Assembly (NCBI GenBank): GCA_021372295.1
Contig: JAJFUS010000027.1
Span: 8,378-72,377 of the forward strand
Direction: 5' to 3'
DNA: 64,000 nt
Source: a bacterium
Lineage (GTDB): Bacteria; Armatimonadota; UBA5829
Part shown: positions 7,735 through 17,302 of the stretch, in pieces
Position numbering within the stretch: the first letter of the stretch is position 1
Layout: each line of letters opens with the position of its first letter
Position numbers and translations under genes: made by a program
Notes under the pieces: model-generated
Told to the model about the DNA's origin: nothing
Databases searched by the model: none
The model's input: the letters and a program-made list of their open reading frames with translations, nothing else

Positions 7735-10417
7735 CAACCCCACCGAACTGATATTATCCAGGCTGAATGATGTCAGAAAATCCGGCACGGGTTACATAGC
7801 CAGATGCCCGGCTCACGATGACAATGCCCCATCGCTTTCCATATCCGAGGGTGACGCCGGTCAATGCCTGGTTCACTGCCATGCGGGATGTGAACCCGAG
7901 GCTATACTATCGACCATAGGTCTCACGCTCAAGGACCTCTATCCGCCAAAACATGGCGGGCAAATCACTGGTAGGGCGGCAATAGAGCAGGTTTATCCAT
8001 ACGTCAACAAGGCCGGAGAAGTGCTTTACGAGGTCGTGAGATACAAGAACCCCAAGGGTTTCAAGCAGCGCGTTCCAAACAGCACCGGCGGTTATTGCTG
8101 GTCTATGAAGGGTGTGACGCGGGTTCTCTACCAACTTCCGGCAGTGATGGCCGCAATCGAGCGCAATGTGGTCATATTCCTGGTCGAAGGCGAGAAGGAC
8201 GTCCACAGCCTTCACGATAAGCTCTTTCTTTCCGCAACGTGCAATGCAGGCGGGGCAGGCAAGTGGCAGCCGACCTATTCCAAGTCTCTCACCGGCGCGG
8301 ATGTGGTCATACTCCCCGATAATGACATCCCAGGCCGCGAACACGCCGGACGTGTAGCGCAGGCTCTTCAAGGCTATGCAAAGTCTGTGCGAGTACTGGA
8401 ACTGCCTGGTCTGCCTGATAAGGGCGACGTAAGCGACTGGATAGCGGCAGGCGGAAGTCGCGATGAGCTTGTCAGCCTGGTGGAATCCTGTCCGCAGTGG
8501 CAACCCAATACGCTGGAAGTTGCGAAGTCAGCGAACCTGGCGGGCAATGACGAGGGTTTTCCGCTCACCGACCTGGGAAACGCCGAACGCCTGATAGCTG
8601 CGCACGGTAAAAATCTCAGGTATAACGTAGACAGTGGAAAATGGCTCCACTGGAATGACAAGCGGTGGGAACCGGACTGCACAGGCGAAGTAGACCGGCT
8701 CGCACGGCAAACCATACGTGCAATCGCTGATGAAATCGCATCCATATATACTCAGCTAAGTGATGTCACCGACTCCGATGAACGCGATAATATGCGCAAG
8801 CGAGCTGAATCACTCAGCAGCCATATGAAAAACTCCGAATCCATAGCGCGTTTGGATGCTATGATTGCCCTTGCTCGATACTGTACGGGCGTTCCCGTGA
8901 CGGCAGGTCAATTGGACTCCGACGGGTGGCTGCTCAATTGTTCAAATGGGACTGTGGACTTGCGAACCGGCGAATTGCGGGAGCATTCCCAAGCCGATCT
9001 TATGACCAAGCTATGCCCCGTAGACTATGACCCGGCGGCAGCCTGTCCGACGTGGGAAAAGACCGTATCAGAGGTGTTTGACAATAACGCCGAACTCGTC
9101 AGTTACTACCAGCGAGCGCAGGGCTATTGCCTGACTGCAGATACGTCTGAACAGTGCTTCTTCCTGCTTCACGGCGACGGTTCAAACGGCAAATCCACGC
9201 TGCTCAATGTTGCAAAGGACATACTGGCGGACTATTCCCGGTCCACCGGCGTCGATACGTTGATGGTCAAAAGCGGCGCATCGGTTCGAGATATGGAAGG
9301 CGTCGGGCGGCTTATGGGCTCACGGTTCGTGAGCGCCATAGAAACCGACGTCTCCCAGCACCTGGCGGAAGGCCTGGTCAAAAGCCTTACGGGGCAAGAT
9401 GTCGTGACCGGCGCATTCCTTTACGGCTCGACATTCGAGTTCAGACCGACGTTCAAACTCTGGCTGGCCTGCAATCACAAGCCCGTCATTTCGGGCGATG
9501 ACTGGGGCGTATGGCGAAGAGTCCGGCTGGTACCGTTCAATGTCCAGTTCGACGGCGACCGGCGTGACGCAATGCTGCCGGATAAGCTCAAGCTCGAATA
9601 TATAGGGATACTCAACTGGATGGTCCAGGGCTGTCTTGCCTGGCAATCTGCCGGGCTTGGAACCTGCGACGCAGTGAATGACGCTACTGCCGATTATCGC
9701 AAATCACAGGACAAAATGAATGACTTTCTGTCTGACTGCTGCACGCTGGAACCCGATGCGACCTGCACATCAAAAGTCTTATACGACAGATACAAGCTGT
9801 GGTGTGTTGAAAATGGCCTGCGGCATCCGTGGACCAATAAAGTGTTTTCCCAGAAGCTTGGCCAGAGAGGCCTTGAGAGCAAACATATGGTTAACGGACG
9901 CACCTGGACCGGCATCGAACTGAATGAAAACAGCACTTTGCCGCCGGACGCCATTTTTATAGACGAGGAAGATGCTGACTCTACCGATTTGACGGATTAT
10001 GACGCATTGACGGAAAATCCTGAAACTTTTCCACATGAGGATTCACTTGAAAAACTTTCAAAAAAATCCGTCAATGCGTCAACTTTCGTCAAGTCGTGCT
10101 CAGATGGAGAAAAAAACCACGGTTTTGACCTGTCATCTGCCGTCATAAACCGTCATCCTGAGTGTAAGTCCAGGGCTATCACTCAAGAATTGCTTGCTTG
10201 GGGACAATCTCACAACTACCCGCGGCTGCCATTTCAGCCCGGTCACGCCATATGCGAGGGACAAGCCGCGTGGGCTGCATTCACTGCGCGATCCAGCATT
10301 GAACACCGGCAAGTTGCGCTATTGGCAGCAACTACAATCGATAGCGCTGCAGAAAATACGAAGACTAGGGGATTTACAGATGTTTGTGGATATACACAAG
10401 TCCGAGATATTGAGTGA
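7724..10417 (+). CDS. Bifunctional primase-helicase (Zn-finger + Toprim + D5_N/P4-family NTPase)
   Basis: ARCPAHDDNAPSLS...CHAGC zinc motif; Toprim motifs FLVEGEKDV...ILPDNDIPGREHA; Walker A LLHGDGSNGKST; the C-terminal half is like phage/plasmid P4-type primases. Confidence 0.88.
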   Translation: MANSNPTELILSRLNDVRKSGTGYIARCPAHDDNAPSLSISEGDAGQCLVHCHAGCEPEAILSTIGLTLKDLYPPKHGGQITGRAAIEQVYPYVNKAGEVLYEVVRYKNPKGFKQRVPNSTGGYCWSMKGVTRVLYQLPAVMAAIERNVVIFLVEGEKDVHSLHDKLFLSATCNAGGAGKWQPTYSKSLTGADVVILPDNDIPGREHAGRVAQALQGYAKSVRVLELPGLPDKGDVSDWIAAGGSRDELVSLVESCPQWQPNTLEVAKSANLAGNDEGFPLTDLGNAERLIAAHGKNLRYNVDSGKWLHWNDKRWEPDCTGEVDRLARQTIRAIADEIASIYTQLSDVTDSDERDNMRKRAESLSSHMKNSESIARLDAMIALARYCTGVPVTAGQLDSDGWLLNCSNGTVDLRTGELREHSQADLMTKLCPVDYDPAAACPTWEKTVSEVFDNNAELVSYYQRAQGYCLTADTSEQCFFLLHGDGSNGKSTLLNVAKDILADYSRSTGVDTLMVKSGASVRDMEGVGRLMGSRFVSAIETDVSQHLAEGLVKSLTGQDVVTGAFLYGSTFEFRPTFKLWLACNHKPVISGDDWGVWRRVRLVPFNVQFDGDRRDAMLPDKLKLEYIGILNWMVQGCLAWQSAGLGTCDAVNDATADYRKSQDKMNDFLSDCCTLEPDATCTSKVLYDRYKLWCVENGLRHPWTNKVFSQKLGQRGLESKHMVNGRTWTGIELNENSTLPPDAIFIDEEDADSTDLTDYDALTENPETFPHEDSLEKLSKKSVNASTFVKSCSDGEKNHGFDLSSAVINRHPECKSRAITQELLAWGQSHNYPRLPFQPGHAICEGQAAWAAFTARSSIEHRQVALLAATTIDSAAENTKTRGFTDVCGYTQVRDIE

Positions 10418-10631
10418 ATTGCTTGACATCGGCGCAACTGCTGTGGGCAAATATCTCGCGAAATGCCATACGTGCGGTTTTCCCGTGCGATGGTGGCTCA
10501 ACTCAGATAGCCGGACCGGCGACGACATACTCTGGTGGATCTGTGAAGAGTGCGGGTGTATTCGCCGGGAACGCCTGCAAGGTGATGACCAAACGTCAAT
10601 CAGCGGCGGATTGGCGGAAGGTGACCGGTAA
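10380..10631 (+). CDS. Small zinc-ribbon protein
   Basis: CHTCG...x20...CEECGC. It overlaps the primase stop, and its own stop overlaps the next ATG (TAATG). Confidence 0.45.
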   Translation: MFVDIHKSEILSELLDIGATAVGKYLAKCHTCGFPVRWWLNSDSRTGDDILWWICEECGCIRRERLQGDDQTSISGGLAEGDR

Positions 10632-11020
10632 TGTCAGTCAATCAGCAAAAAAGCAGCCGGAAAGATAAGGCTATATGCGCTCTGCTCAATGCTCCGACAG
10701 TAAGCGAAGCGGCAAAGGCAGCAGGTGTCGTGGAGCGCACGTTGTATCGATGGTTGCGCGAAGATTCTAACTTCATAGAAACCTACAAAGAGGCTCGACG
10801 GGAAACAATCCGTCAGGCGACTGCACGGCTTCAGCAGGCGTGTTCCACTGCTGTCGATACATTGCTTGACGTTATGCAAGATGACGGCGCAAAAGACATG
10901 GCGCGGGTGAATGCGGCAAAGTCAGTACTTGAACTGGCGCTCAAAGCCGTGGAACTGGAAGACCTTGCCGAGAGAGTAAATGCTCTTGAAATGAGACTGG
11001 AGGACAGTGTCGATGCTTGA
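10631..11020 (+). CDS. HTH protein resembling the N-terminal domain of phage small terminase (TerS-like)
   Basis: ...ALLNAPTVSEAAKAAGVVERTLYRWLREDSNFIETYKEARRE... followed by a coiled-coil tail. This pattern is common in TerS and phage HTH proteins. Confidence 0.5.
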   Translation: MSVNQQKSSRKDKAICALLNAPTVSEAAKAAGVVERTLYRWLREDSNFIETYKEARRETIRQATARLQQACSTAVDTLLDVMQDDGAKDMARVNAAKSVLELALKAVELEDLAERVNALEMRLEDSVDA

Positions 11021-11360
11021 TATTTCAAAGCGAATCAAGCGCCTGGAAGAAAAGGCGAATGACGGTGACCATGTGCTGGTGGTGATGATTTCCTCGGATG
11101 TTGCGTTTGACTGTGACAAGCAACAATATGTTGATGAATGCAAGGTTTCATTCGATGAAATGGACTGCTTGCTGGATACTTCAAAGGTGTTCTGCAAAGT
11201 CGGGAATCTCGCTGAACTGCGCAGGATATGCAGTGCAAAGCACGTGCATTTGACCACGCTTCCCGGCGGAACGAAAGAAGAGTTATGGTCTGATTATCAA
11301 GATGGGAAGGAGGGGCTTGAGACTGATGAAATAGACTTGCCGGATATAGATATTGAATAA
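11013..11360 (+). CDS. Hypothetical acidic protein
   Basis: ORF overlapping the previous stop. No domain was recognised. Confidence 0.4.
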   Translation: MLDISKRIKRLEEKANDGDHVLVVMISSDVAFDCDKQQYVDECKVSFDEMDCLLDTSKVFCKVGNLAELRRICSAKHVHLTTLPGGTKEELWSDYQDGKEGLETDEIDLPDIDIE

Positions 11361-11426
11361 GGAATTATCGAACACCGGCTTCATAGGCGAGCCAATACAA
11401 AATTAAAAGTGCGGAGGGCACAAACA

Positions 11427-12086
11427 ATGTTCAATTTCGATTGGTATAAGAATCATCTTCAGGATGCGGTAGGTATCATTTCTGACTACGTAAAAGTCCG
11501 AAGTCAGATAGCGTGCAACACAAACTATTCACAGGAGTTCAGGGACAAGAAGCTTTCCGACCTTAGCGACCGGACTTCAAATTCGCTGAATACGGCGTTT
11601 GTCGACATTTGCGACCAGGTTTCATACGAAGTAACAAGGGCTGTGAAGAAAGCCGCCCCACCCAGCGTTGACCCTGCCGAACGCTCGTATCAGGCACTGG
11701 CGGCATCACAGGATACCGCTGCTCGAAACGATGACCCAGTAATGTTACTCAGGCTCTATGAGCAGGCAGCAGAAAATGGCGAGAAGACTCGACAGACTGA
11801 ACTTGAGCGGCTTCTTGACCCTGTGTTTGCAGATAGCCAGCATTTTGCCGCGTGGGAAGATATGAAAGCAAAATATCGCACACCGGAGGAATCGGAAGCG
11901 CTCACGATGAAAACTCTTGCGCCAAGACTTCTTGAAATGCTCCAGGCTCAGAAAAGCTACATTATGACAACATTTTATGATGCCCAGACGGGCACAAGCG
12001 AAGAGCAAGTGCAAGGCGCTCTTGACGTCATACCGACGTCATTCAGCACCGTAGTGCGGAATCTTGGCGGCTCACTACTGAACTAG
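11427..12086 (+). CDS. Hypothetical protein upstream of the tape measure gene
   Basis: ATG with GGAGGG upstream. The sequence looks helical. No domain was recognised. Confidence 0.4.
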   Translation: MFNFDWYKNHLQDAVGIISDYVKVRSQIACNTNYSQEFRDKKLSDLSDRTSNSLNTAFVDICDQVSYEVTRAVKKAAPPSVDPAERSYQALAASQDTAARNDDPVMLLRLYEQAAENGEKTRQTELERLLDPVFADSQHFAAWEDMKAKYRTPEESEALTMKTLAPRLLEMLQAQKSYIMTTFYDAQTGTSEEQVQGALDVIPTSFSTVVRNLGGSLLN

Positions 12087-12169
12087 AAACAAGATTATAC
12101 TGAATGCATTCTCGCAACGGTCGTTAGTCAATGCGAGAATGCATAACTCAAAAACAAGGAGGTGCAATT

Positions 12170-13924
12170 ATGGCATTAAAAGTCGGAGAACTCTATGGAG
12201 AGTTGAGGCTGAATGATTCGGGCTGGAAAGCAACGATGAATTCAGCTCAGAATACATTGCAGAGTTTATCCAGCAATTTAACGGCGCTGGGCGCAACACT
12301 CACGGCCAGTGTAACCCTGCCCATCATTGGACTGGGCGCGGCTGCGATTAAGTCCGCTGGCGATATGGAGCAGACGAAAATCGCACTTACAACTATGCTT
12401 GGCAGCGCCCAACAGGCGACTTCTTTCATTAAGGATGTGCAGAACTTTGCCGCAAAGACCCCGTTCGAGTTTTCGGGGCTTATTCAAAACAGCAAACAGC
12501 TCATCGCATTCGGGTTTGAGGCCAATTCCATCATCCCGGTTATGACGAATCTGGGAAACGCTGTGGCGAGCGTCGGTGGCAACGGCGACACCATCAACCG
12601 TATCATTATGCAGCTTGGGCAGATGAAGAGTATCGGCAAGGCGAGCATGGAAGACATCCGGCCTATCGCCGAAGCTGGTGTGCCGGTATTCCGATATTTG
12701 GCGCAGGGATTGGGCAAGAGCCAGGGCGAAATCAGCAAGATGGTCGGTGCCGGACAACTGAGCGCAGAAGCGTTCATGGATGGCCTGATGAAAGGCATGT
12801 CCAATGATTCCAAGCTCAAGGGCATGATGGACAACCAGAGCAAGACATTCCTCGGGCAGTGGTCAAACCTGAAAGACCAGATATTCCAAACTCTTGTGCC
12901 GCTTGGTGAACCACTGATTAAGATTGCAAAAGACATCCTTAAGGCGACCCAGCCTCTTCTTGACATTGTTAAGAGGGTGGCTGAAGGATTTGCAAAGTCC
13001 CCAAAGTTCGTGCAGATTCTGGGAGTGACATTCGCTGGGGCTGCCGCGTTGGCTGGGCCTCTGCTGGTTGTGGCTGGCAGCATCGCGGGAGCCATCATCT
13101 CAATTATCGCCATTGCGTCGGTTGTGGGGCCTGCGCTCGGGGCCGCCTTTGCGGTTGCGACTGGCCCGGTGGGCTGGGTTGCTGGCGCTATTCTGGCTGT
13201 CGGCGCGGCGTTAGTTATTGCCTACAAAAAAATTGCGCCATTCCGGGATGCTGTGAATGAAGCATGCGGGCGGATTAAAGAGGCGTTTGGTGGGTTGTGG
13301 GACTCGATAAAGAAGTTGTGGAGCGTGCTTGCGCCGGTGAGAGAGGTGATGGGCGCAGTGGCTGGACGTGCGGCGAAAGCTGCGTTGAGTGGCATTGCTG
13401 CTGTGCTCAAAACCATTTCCCAAATCGTTTTAGCTGTGGCTATAAGTATTCAATGGGTGGTGTACCTGCTGAGTAATTTTTTTAATTTATTATTCGGGGG
13501 GAAGAACTCGGCGTTTTCTATCTCAGCGGTTAAAAGCACTGAAGCCCTTGCAAACATTATATACACGGCAAATGAAAAAATAAAAAAAGACAAAAAAAGC
13601 AACATCGCCGAAGCCGCCCAGGCTGAAATCGACAGCATAATGGACGTCATCAAAAAGCAGCGCGAGCAGGCTGAAGAACGCAGGCAGCAACTTCGCGACG
13701 CGATGGGATTCAAGGGCGTGACTGAACTCTGGCGCATGGCCATGGAGGCAGGCATCAAGGGAAGTTTAGGCAGGGCCAAAGAATCAACCGAAATCACGAC
13801 GGCAAATCTTCCGCAGGCCAAGGAACTGCAGGAAATACGGGCAGAAACAAGACGACTAAACCGGCAAGTTTCAGACCTGAATTCGCTTATCAGGGACAGA
13901 CTGGGGGTTGTCAGTGGCACTTAG
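12170..13924 (+). CDS. Phage tail tape measure protein (TP901-type core domain)
   Basis: GDMEQTKIALTTMLGS...AKTPFEF...LIAFG...NRIIMQLGQMKSIGKASMEDIRPIAEAGVPV is the classic TMP core. It is followed by a long Gly/Ala hydrophobic segment and a coiled-coil tail. AGGAGG lies 7 nt upstream of the ATG at 12170. Confidence 0.85.
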   Translation: MALKVGELYGELRLNDSGWKATMNSAQNTLQSLSSNLTALGATLTASVTLPIIGLGAAAIKSAGDMEQTKIALTTMLGSAQQATSFIKDVQNFAAKTPFEFSGLIQNSKQLIAFGFEANSIIPVMTNLGNAVASVGGNGDTINRIIMQLGQMKSIGKASMEDIRPIAEAGVPVFRYLAQGLGKSQGEISKMVGAGQLSAEAFMDGLMKGMSNDSKLKGMMDNQSKTFLGQWSNLKDQIFQTLVPLGEPLIKIAKDILKATQPLLDIVKRVAEGFAKSPKFVQILGVTFAGAAALAGPLLVVAGSIAGAIISIIAIASVVGPALGAAFAVATGPVGWVAGAILAVGAALVIAYKKIAPFRDAVNEACGRIKEAFGGLWDSIKKLWSVLAPVREVMGAVAGRAAKAALSGIAAVLKTISQIVLAVAISIQWVVYLLSNFFNLLFGGKNSAFSISAVKSTEALANIIYTANEKIKKDKKSNIAEAAQAEIDSIMDVIKKQREQAEERRQQLRDAMGFKGVTELWRMAMEAGIKGSLGRAKESTEITTANLPQAKELQEIRAETRRLNRQVSDLNSLIRDRLGVVSGT

Positions 13925-13982
13925 CGAGATGTATTGACACAGCCCGGCACGGGGTAGTATCATACCACCACATGGTAACACG

Positions 13983-14058
13983 AACCAAGGACGGTTACAG
14001 GTGCTTTATAACCGTCCTTGGTTTTGCGAATTACGTTGTTTTGTAATCGTCCTTGGTT
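13983..14058. repeat. Three copies of the 15-mer TAACCGTCCTTGGTT (one inverted, two direct) just inside the attR-side tRNA copy
   Basis: 13983-13997 is the exact reverse complement. 14009-14023 is exact. 14044-14058 is TAATCGTCCTTGGTT. Confidence 0.75.
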
Positions 14059-14102
14059 TTTTGCCCAAGGTGGAGAATTGAACGGGGTTGTGTTTGCCAA
14101 TC

Positions 14103-14189
14103 GGGGACGTGGCGGAATGGCAGACGCGCTTGGTTGAGGGCCAAGTGAGCATAACGCTCATGTGAGTTCGACTCTCACCGTCCCCACCA
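14103..14189 (+). tRNA. tRNA-Leu (GAG), copy 2 (attR side), 87/87 identical to copy 1
   Basis: Direct comparison of the two sequences. It is followed by a terminator hairpin. Confidence 0.9.
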
Positions 14190-14196
14190 CATGAAA

Positions 14197-14226
14197 GTCA
14201 CCGATATGTATCGGTGACTATTTTTA
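14197..14226 (+). terminator. Rho-independent terminator after tRNA-Leu copy 2
   Basis: GTCACCGATA-TG-TATCGGTGAC followed by TATTTTTA. Confidence 0.75.
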
Positions 14227-14494
14227 TGTACGCTCTCTCCCCATCGACGTCCGCCAAACTCGAAATGAGTCTAGGACATACTTGCAAACGCACGATATCC
14301 AGCATCGATCTGATGCTCAAAGGGGCGAATGTTGTAGCATCAAGCAAGCCGGAGACCGTTGTTTTTGTATATAATAAGGCAAAATAGCTGCAAGGTGGCT
14401 ATGTGTTCGATTATAATGTATTCATGCTGATGCTGGAGTATTGGCTAATGTGCCTGGTTAGTGTTGGGCTAAAGCTCAAGGAGAATTTGTTTCA

Positions 14495-17278
14495 ATGTTA
14501 AAGAAACTTCTGAAAACCGCTCCGTTAAGTGTGTTTCTCTTTCTCTATTCGTGGAGCTATGCAGTTTGTGGTAATGATGCATACGTGAAAAGCGAAGGCA
14601 CCAGATGGACTTTCGGAACGTCCCAAGTGGAACGGACCGTTACTTTGGAAAATGGAAAGTTCCTGCTGAAGAACTTCGTGAACAAAGCGTCTGGCCGTCA
14701 TTTGCTTCCAATTGGTAATGTGTCTCCTGAGTTCTGTTTGTCATATAACAATGAGGCGTTGAGCGGCGCTTCCGGCAATTGGGAGTTTGTGGATTTCAAG
14801 AAAACCAGACTTAATCAGGGCGAACTGCAACTGGACATAACCATTCGCCGCGGGTCGCTTCAGGCAACAAAGAGTTACGTCATATACCCGGTCACCAGCA
14901 TAATCAGGGAATGGGTTTCATTCAAAAATGTCGGCAGTGAGCCGTTTGAAGTAATGGATCCCTCGTTCCTTGTTTTTCGGATACGGCCCGGCGACAATTC
15001 GACACCCACGTTTCACTGGATGACAGGCGGCGAGAACAGGCCCGGCTCCTGGATGTTGAAAACCGAGCAACTCACGAGTTCGGTTGTCCGTGGGTTTGAT
15101 TCTTATGACCCGTTTCCCTCGGGAGAGAGTGTCGTGGCGACCAAAAAATACCGTCCCGGCTCAATGAGCTATGCCCCCTGGTATGCGCTCTGCGATGAGC
15201 AAAGCGGGCAAGGTCTGTTCATTGGCTGGGATTATTTCGGCCACTGGAAGTCATCGTTTGAGATGGACAAAACCGGCGTGATATCGGTGAATCTGGGCCT
15301 ATCGGGTCACAAACAGACCTTGAATAGCGGCGAGTCGATAACTACGCCCAAAGCATTCATCGGACTCTATCGGGGCGACCTGGATAATGCGGGCAATCAA
15401 TGCCTCGACTGGCAGTACCGGTACATGTGGGATTACACCAGAGACCGCTGGTTTCCCGGAATACGCATGCTGGGCTACTGGTATGCCGGCACGCAGTGGG
15501 GCAGTAACTGGTCGGGCGGCAACGGCGATTTTCGGAGTTGCTTCCTGAAGGTGTTTCGCCTGGCAGATTTGATAAGGTATGTCGGAGCTGATGTTTACCA
15601 TCGAGACTGGGGCTGGTGGGACAAGGCCGGCGATTGGAACGGCCCGGATTGGCGTGCTACAGGCGATTACCTGGGTAAATCCGACATCGGCCAGCTGATT
15701 TATGCTTTTGTCTATCACGCGGAACCGGGCTCCAAGATAGCCAATGAACACCCGGACTGGTTGATTCGAGACACATTCGCCACGAATTTAGTCATGTTGT
15801 GCGACCTGTCGCGGCCGGATGTGGTAGAAGGCCTGGGCAAGGTGCTCGACCGTTTTGCCACCGATTGGGGCGCGTATGAGTGGAGAAACGACAGCGTGTT
15901 CGCAGGTCCCATAGATGGCGACGACACCGTTCTGCTGGCCCAGGATCAAGGCATGCGCAAGTTAACTGAGGGTTTTCTGGACAGGAATCCCGACTGCGCA
16001 TTCCAGGCGGTTAATTTCGGAGGTACGTATGCCGGCTACGATTACGTTCGTTACGCTTCCTGCATTTCTTTCAGTGACGGCGGCGTGGGGGCTTTGAGAA
16101 ACTATTACGGTTCTCTGCTCTTCCCGCCGGACAAGACGAGCGACATCCCGGACGTATGGCAGCCGGACAGCTACGACAAGGCAACATGGCGCGGATTGCT
16201 CTGCATGAATTTCGATATGACCGGCGATACCATCGATCCGGCCAAGCTGGAAGGTGTCCGCGAGCTTATAGATATATACCATTATCTTCAAAAGAACGGC
16301 GTCGTCGGCAGATGGGTCAAGGTTTATCGTCCGATAATAACCGGCGACGACCCCACAATGTATTTCCAGAGGCTCAGCGGTGACTGCAAGCGTGGAATTA
16401 TCATCCCGAAGCGCCTTGCGCCGTCGGCAGTTACGATTCAGCCCAAAGGATTGCTTCCGAATCAGACATACATCGTCTCCTTCCAGGAATCCGAGGCAAC
16501 GCAGAAGAGAACCGGCGCTGATTTGATGGCAAATGGCGTAAAGATCGAAAAGATGCTTCCCGGCGAGCTGATTTACCTCAATCTTCCAATGCATCCGGGC
16601 AGCAAGCTGGACAAAGAGCCGCCTGTCGCTCCGTCGAATGTGGTGAAGTCTGCAGGCGAAAATATGGGATTTCCGGGAGTCGATCTTCGCTGGAAACCCA
16701 GTAAGGACAATAATTGGGTTTCGTACTATCAGATCATAAGAGACGGCGTGGTCATAGACAAGGTCTCCAAAGGAAGTTACTACTTTGACCACTCCGCTGG
16801 AGCTGATGCGGCTTCGCTCTATGAAGTCGTTGCGGTAGACGGCGCTGGCAATATCTCGGTTAAAGCTAAAGCGTCAGGTGTTGCCGTGAGCAGGTCTGAT
16901 ATTTATGACGATGCGGACAGCAACTTTATGTTCACCGGCTCATGGCAGCACGAGAAAGATCAGCTGCCTGCTCACGCGAAAACAGTCAGTTCATCCAATG
17001 AGAAGGGCGCCATCGTCGAGATCAAGTTCTCCGGCAAGCAAGTATTGCTATTCGTTAACCTGGGACCCGATTGCGGTAAGGCGGCTATCAGTATAGATGG
17101 AGGCCCAGCCGAGGTTGTAGATACATATTCAGCGGACACGCTATGGGGCACGTGTCTATTCAGAAAGAATCTCGATAGTGACGGCCCACATATAATGCGG
17201 CTTGAAGTATTGGATGAACGCAGCGAGAAGTCGAAAGATACATACATCAGGCTGGATGGCATCCGAATAGAGCACTAG
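14495..17278 (+). CDS. Secreted multidomain glycoside hydrolase candidate (GH36/clan GH-D-like core, FN3-like, C-terminal CBM-like domain)
   Basis: It has a signal peptide. The N-terminal region resembles the GH36 N-domain. An FN3-like segment (PPVAPSNV...LRWKPS...YYQIIRDG...VVAVDGAGN) and a C-terminal beta-sandwich-like segment follow. The family assignment is tentative. Confidence 0.45.
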   Translation: MLKKLLKTAPLSVFLFLYSWSYAVCGNDAYVKSEGTRWTFGTSQVERTVTLENGKFLLKNFVNKASGRHLLPIGNVSPEFCLSYNNEALSGASGNWEFVDFKKTRLNQGELQLDITIRRGSLQATKSYVIYPVTSIIREWVSFKNVGSEPFEVMDPSFLVFRIRPGDNSTPTFHWMTGGENRPGSWMLKTEQLTSSVVRGFDSYDPFPSGESVVATKKYRPGSMSYAPWYALCDEQSGQGLFIGWDYFGHWKSSFEMDKTGVISVNLGLSGHKQTLNSGESITTPKAFIGLYRGDLDNAGNQCLDWQYRYMWDYTRDRWFPGIRMLGYWYAGTQWGSNWSGGNGDFRSCFLKVFRLADLIRYVGADVYHRDWGWWDKAGDWNGPDWRATGDYLGKSDIGQLIYAFVYHAEPGSKIANEHPDWLIRDTFATNLVMLCDLSRPDVVEGLGKVLDRFATDWGAYEWRNDSVFAGPIDGDDTVLLAQDQGMRKLTEGFLDRNPDCAFQAVNFGGTYAGYDYVRYASCISFSDGGVGALRNYYGSLLFPPDKTSDIPDVWQPDSYDKATWRGLLCMNFDMTGDTIDPAKLEGVRELIDIYHYLQKNGVVGRWVKVYRPIITGDDPTMYFQRLSGDCKRGIIIPKRLAPSAVTIQPKGLLPNQTYIVSFQESEATQKRTGADLMANGVKIEKMLPGELIYLNLPMHPGSKLDKEPPVAPSNVVKSAGENMGFPGVDLRWKPSKDNNWVSYYQIIRDGVVIDKVSKGSYYFDHSAGADAASLYEVVAVDGAGNISVKAKASGVAVSRSDIYDDADSNFMFTGSWQHEKDQLPAHAKTVSSSNEKGAIVEIKFSGKQVLLFVNLGPDCGKAAISIDGGPAEVVDTYSADTLWGTCLFRKNLDSDGPHIMRLEVLDERSEKSKDTYIRLDGIRIEH

Positions 17279-17302
17279 AGTCAACAGCGGGGGATATTAT
17301 TG

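Larger units (their letters stand above)
3324..14189 (+). mobile_element. Integrated ~10.7-kb phage-satellite-like or cryptic-prophage island in tRNA-Leu(GAG)
   Basis: Identical 87-nt direct repeats (the whole tRNA) lie at 3324-3410 and 14103-14189. A tyrosine recombinase sits next to copy 1. Xis-like, primase-helicase, TerS-like and tape-measure genes lie inside. Only copy 2 is followed by a terminator hairpin. Confidence 0.8.

Noticed and set aside
12484-13113. 209-aa minus-strand ORF within the tape-measure gene
   Set aside because: It is antisense to a CDS with an unmistakable TMP core domain.
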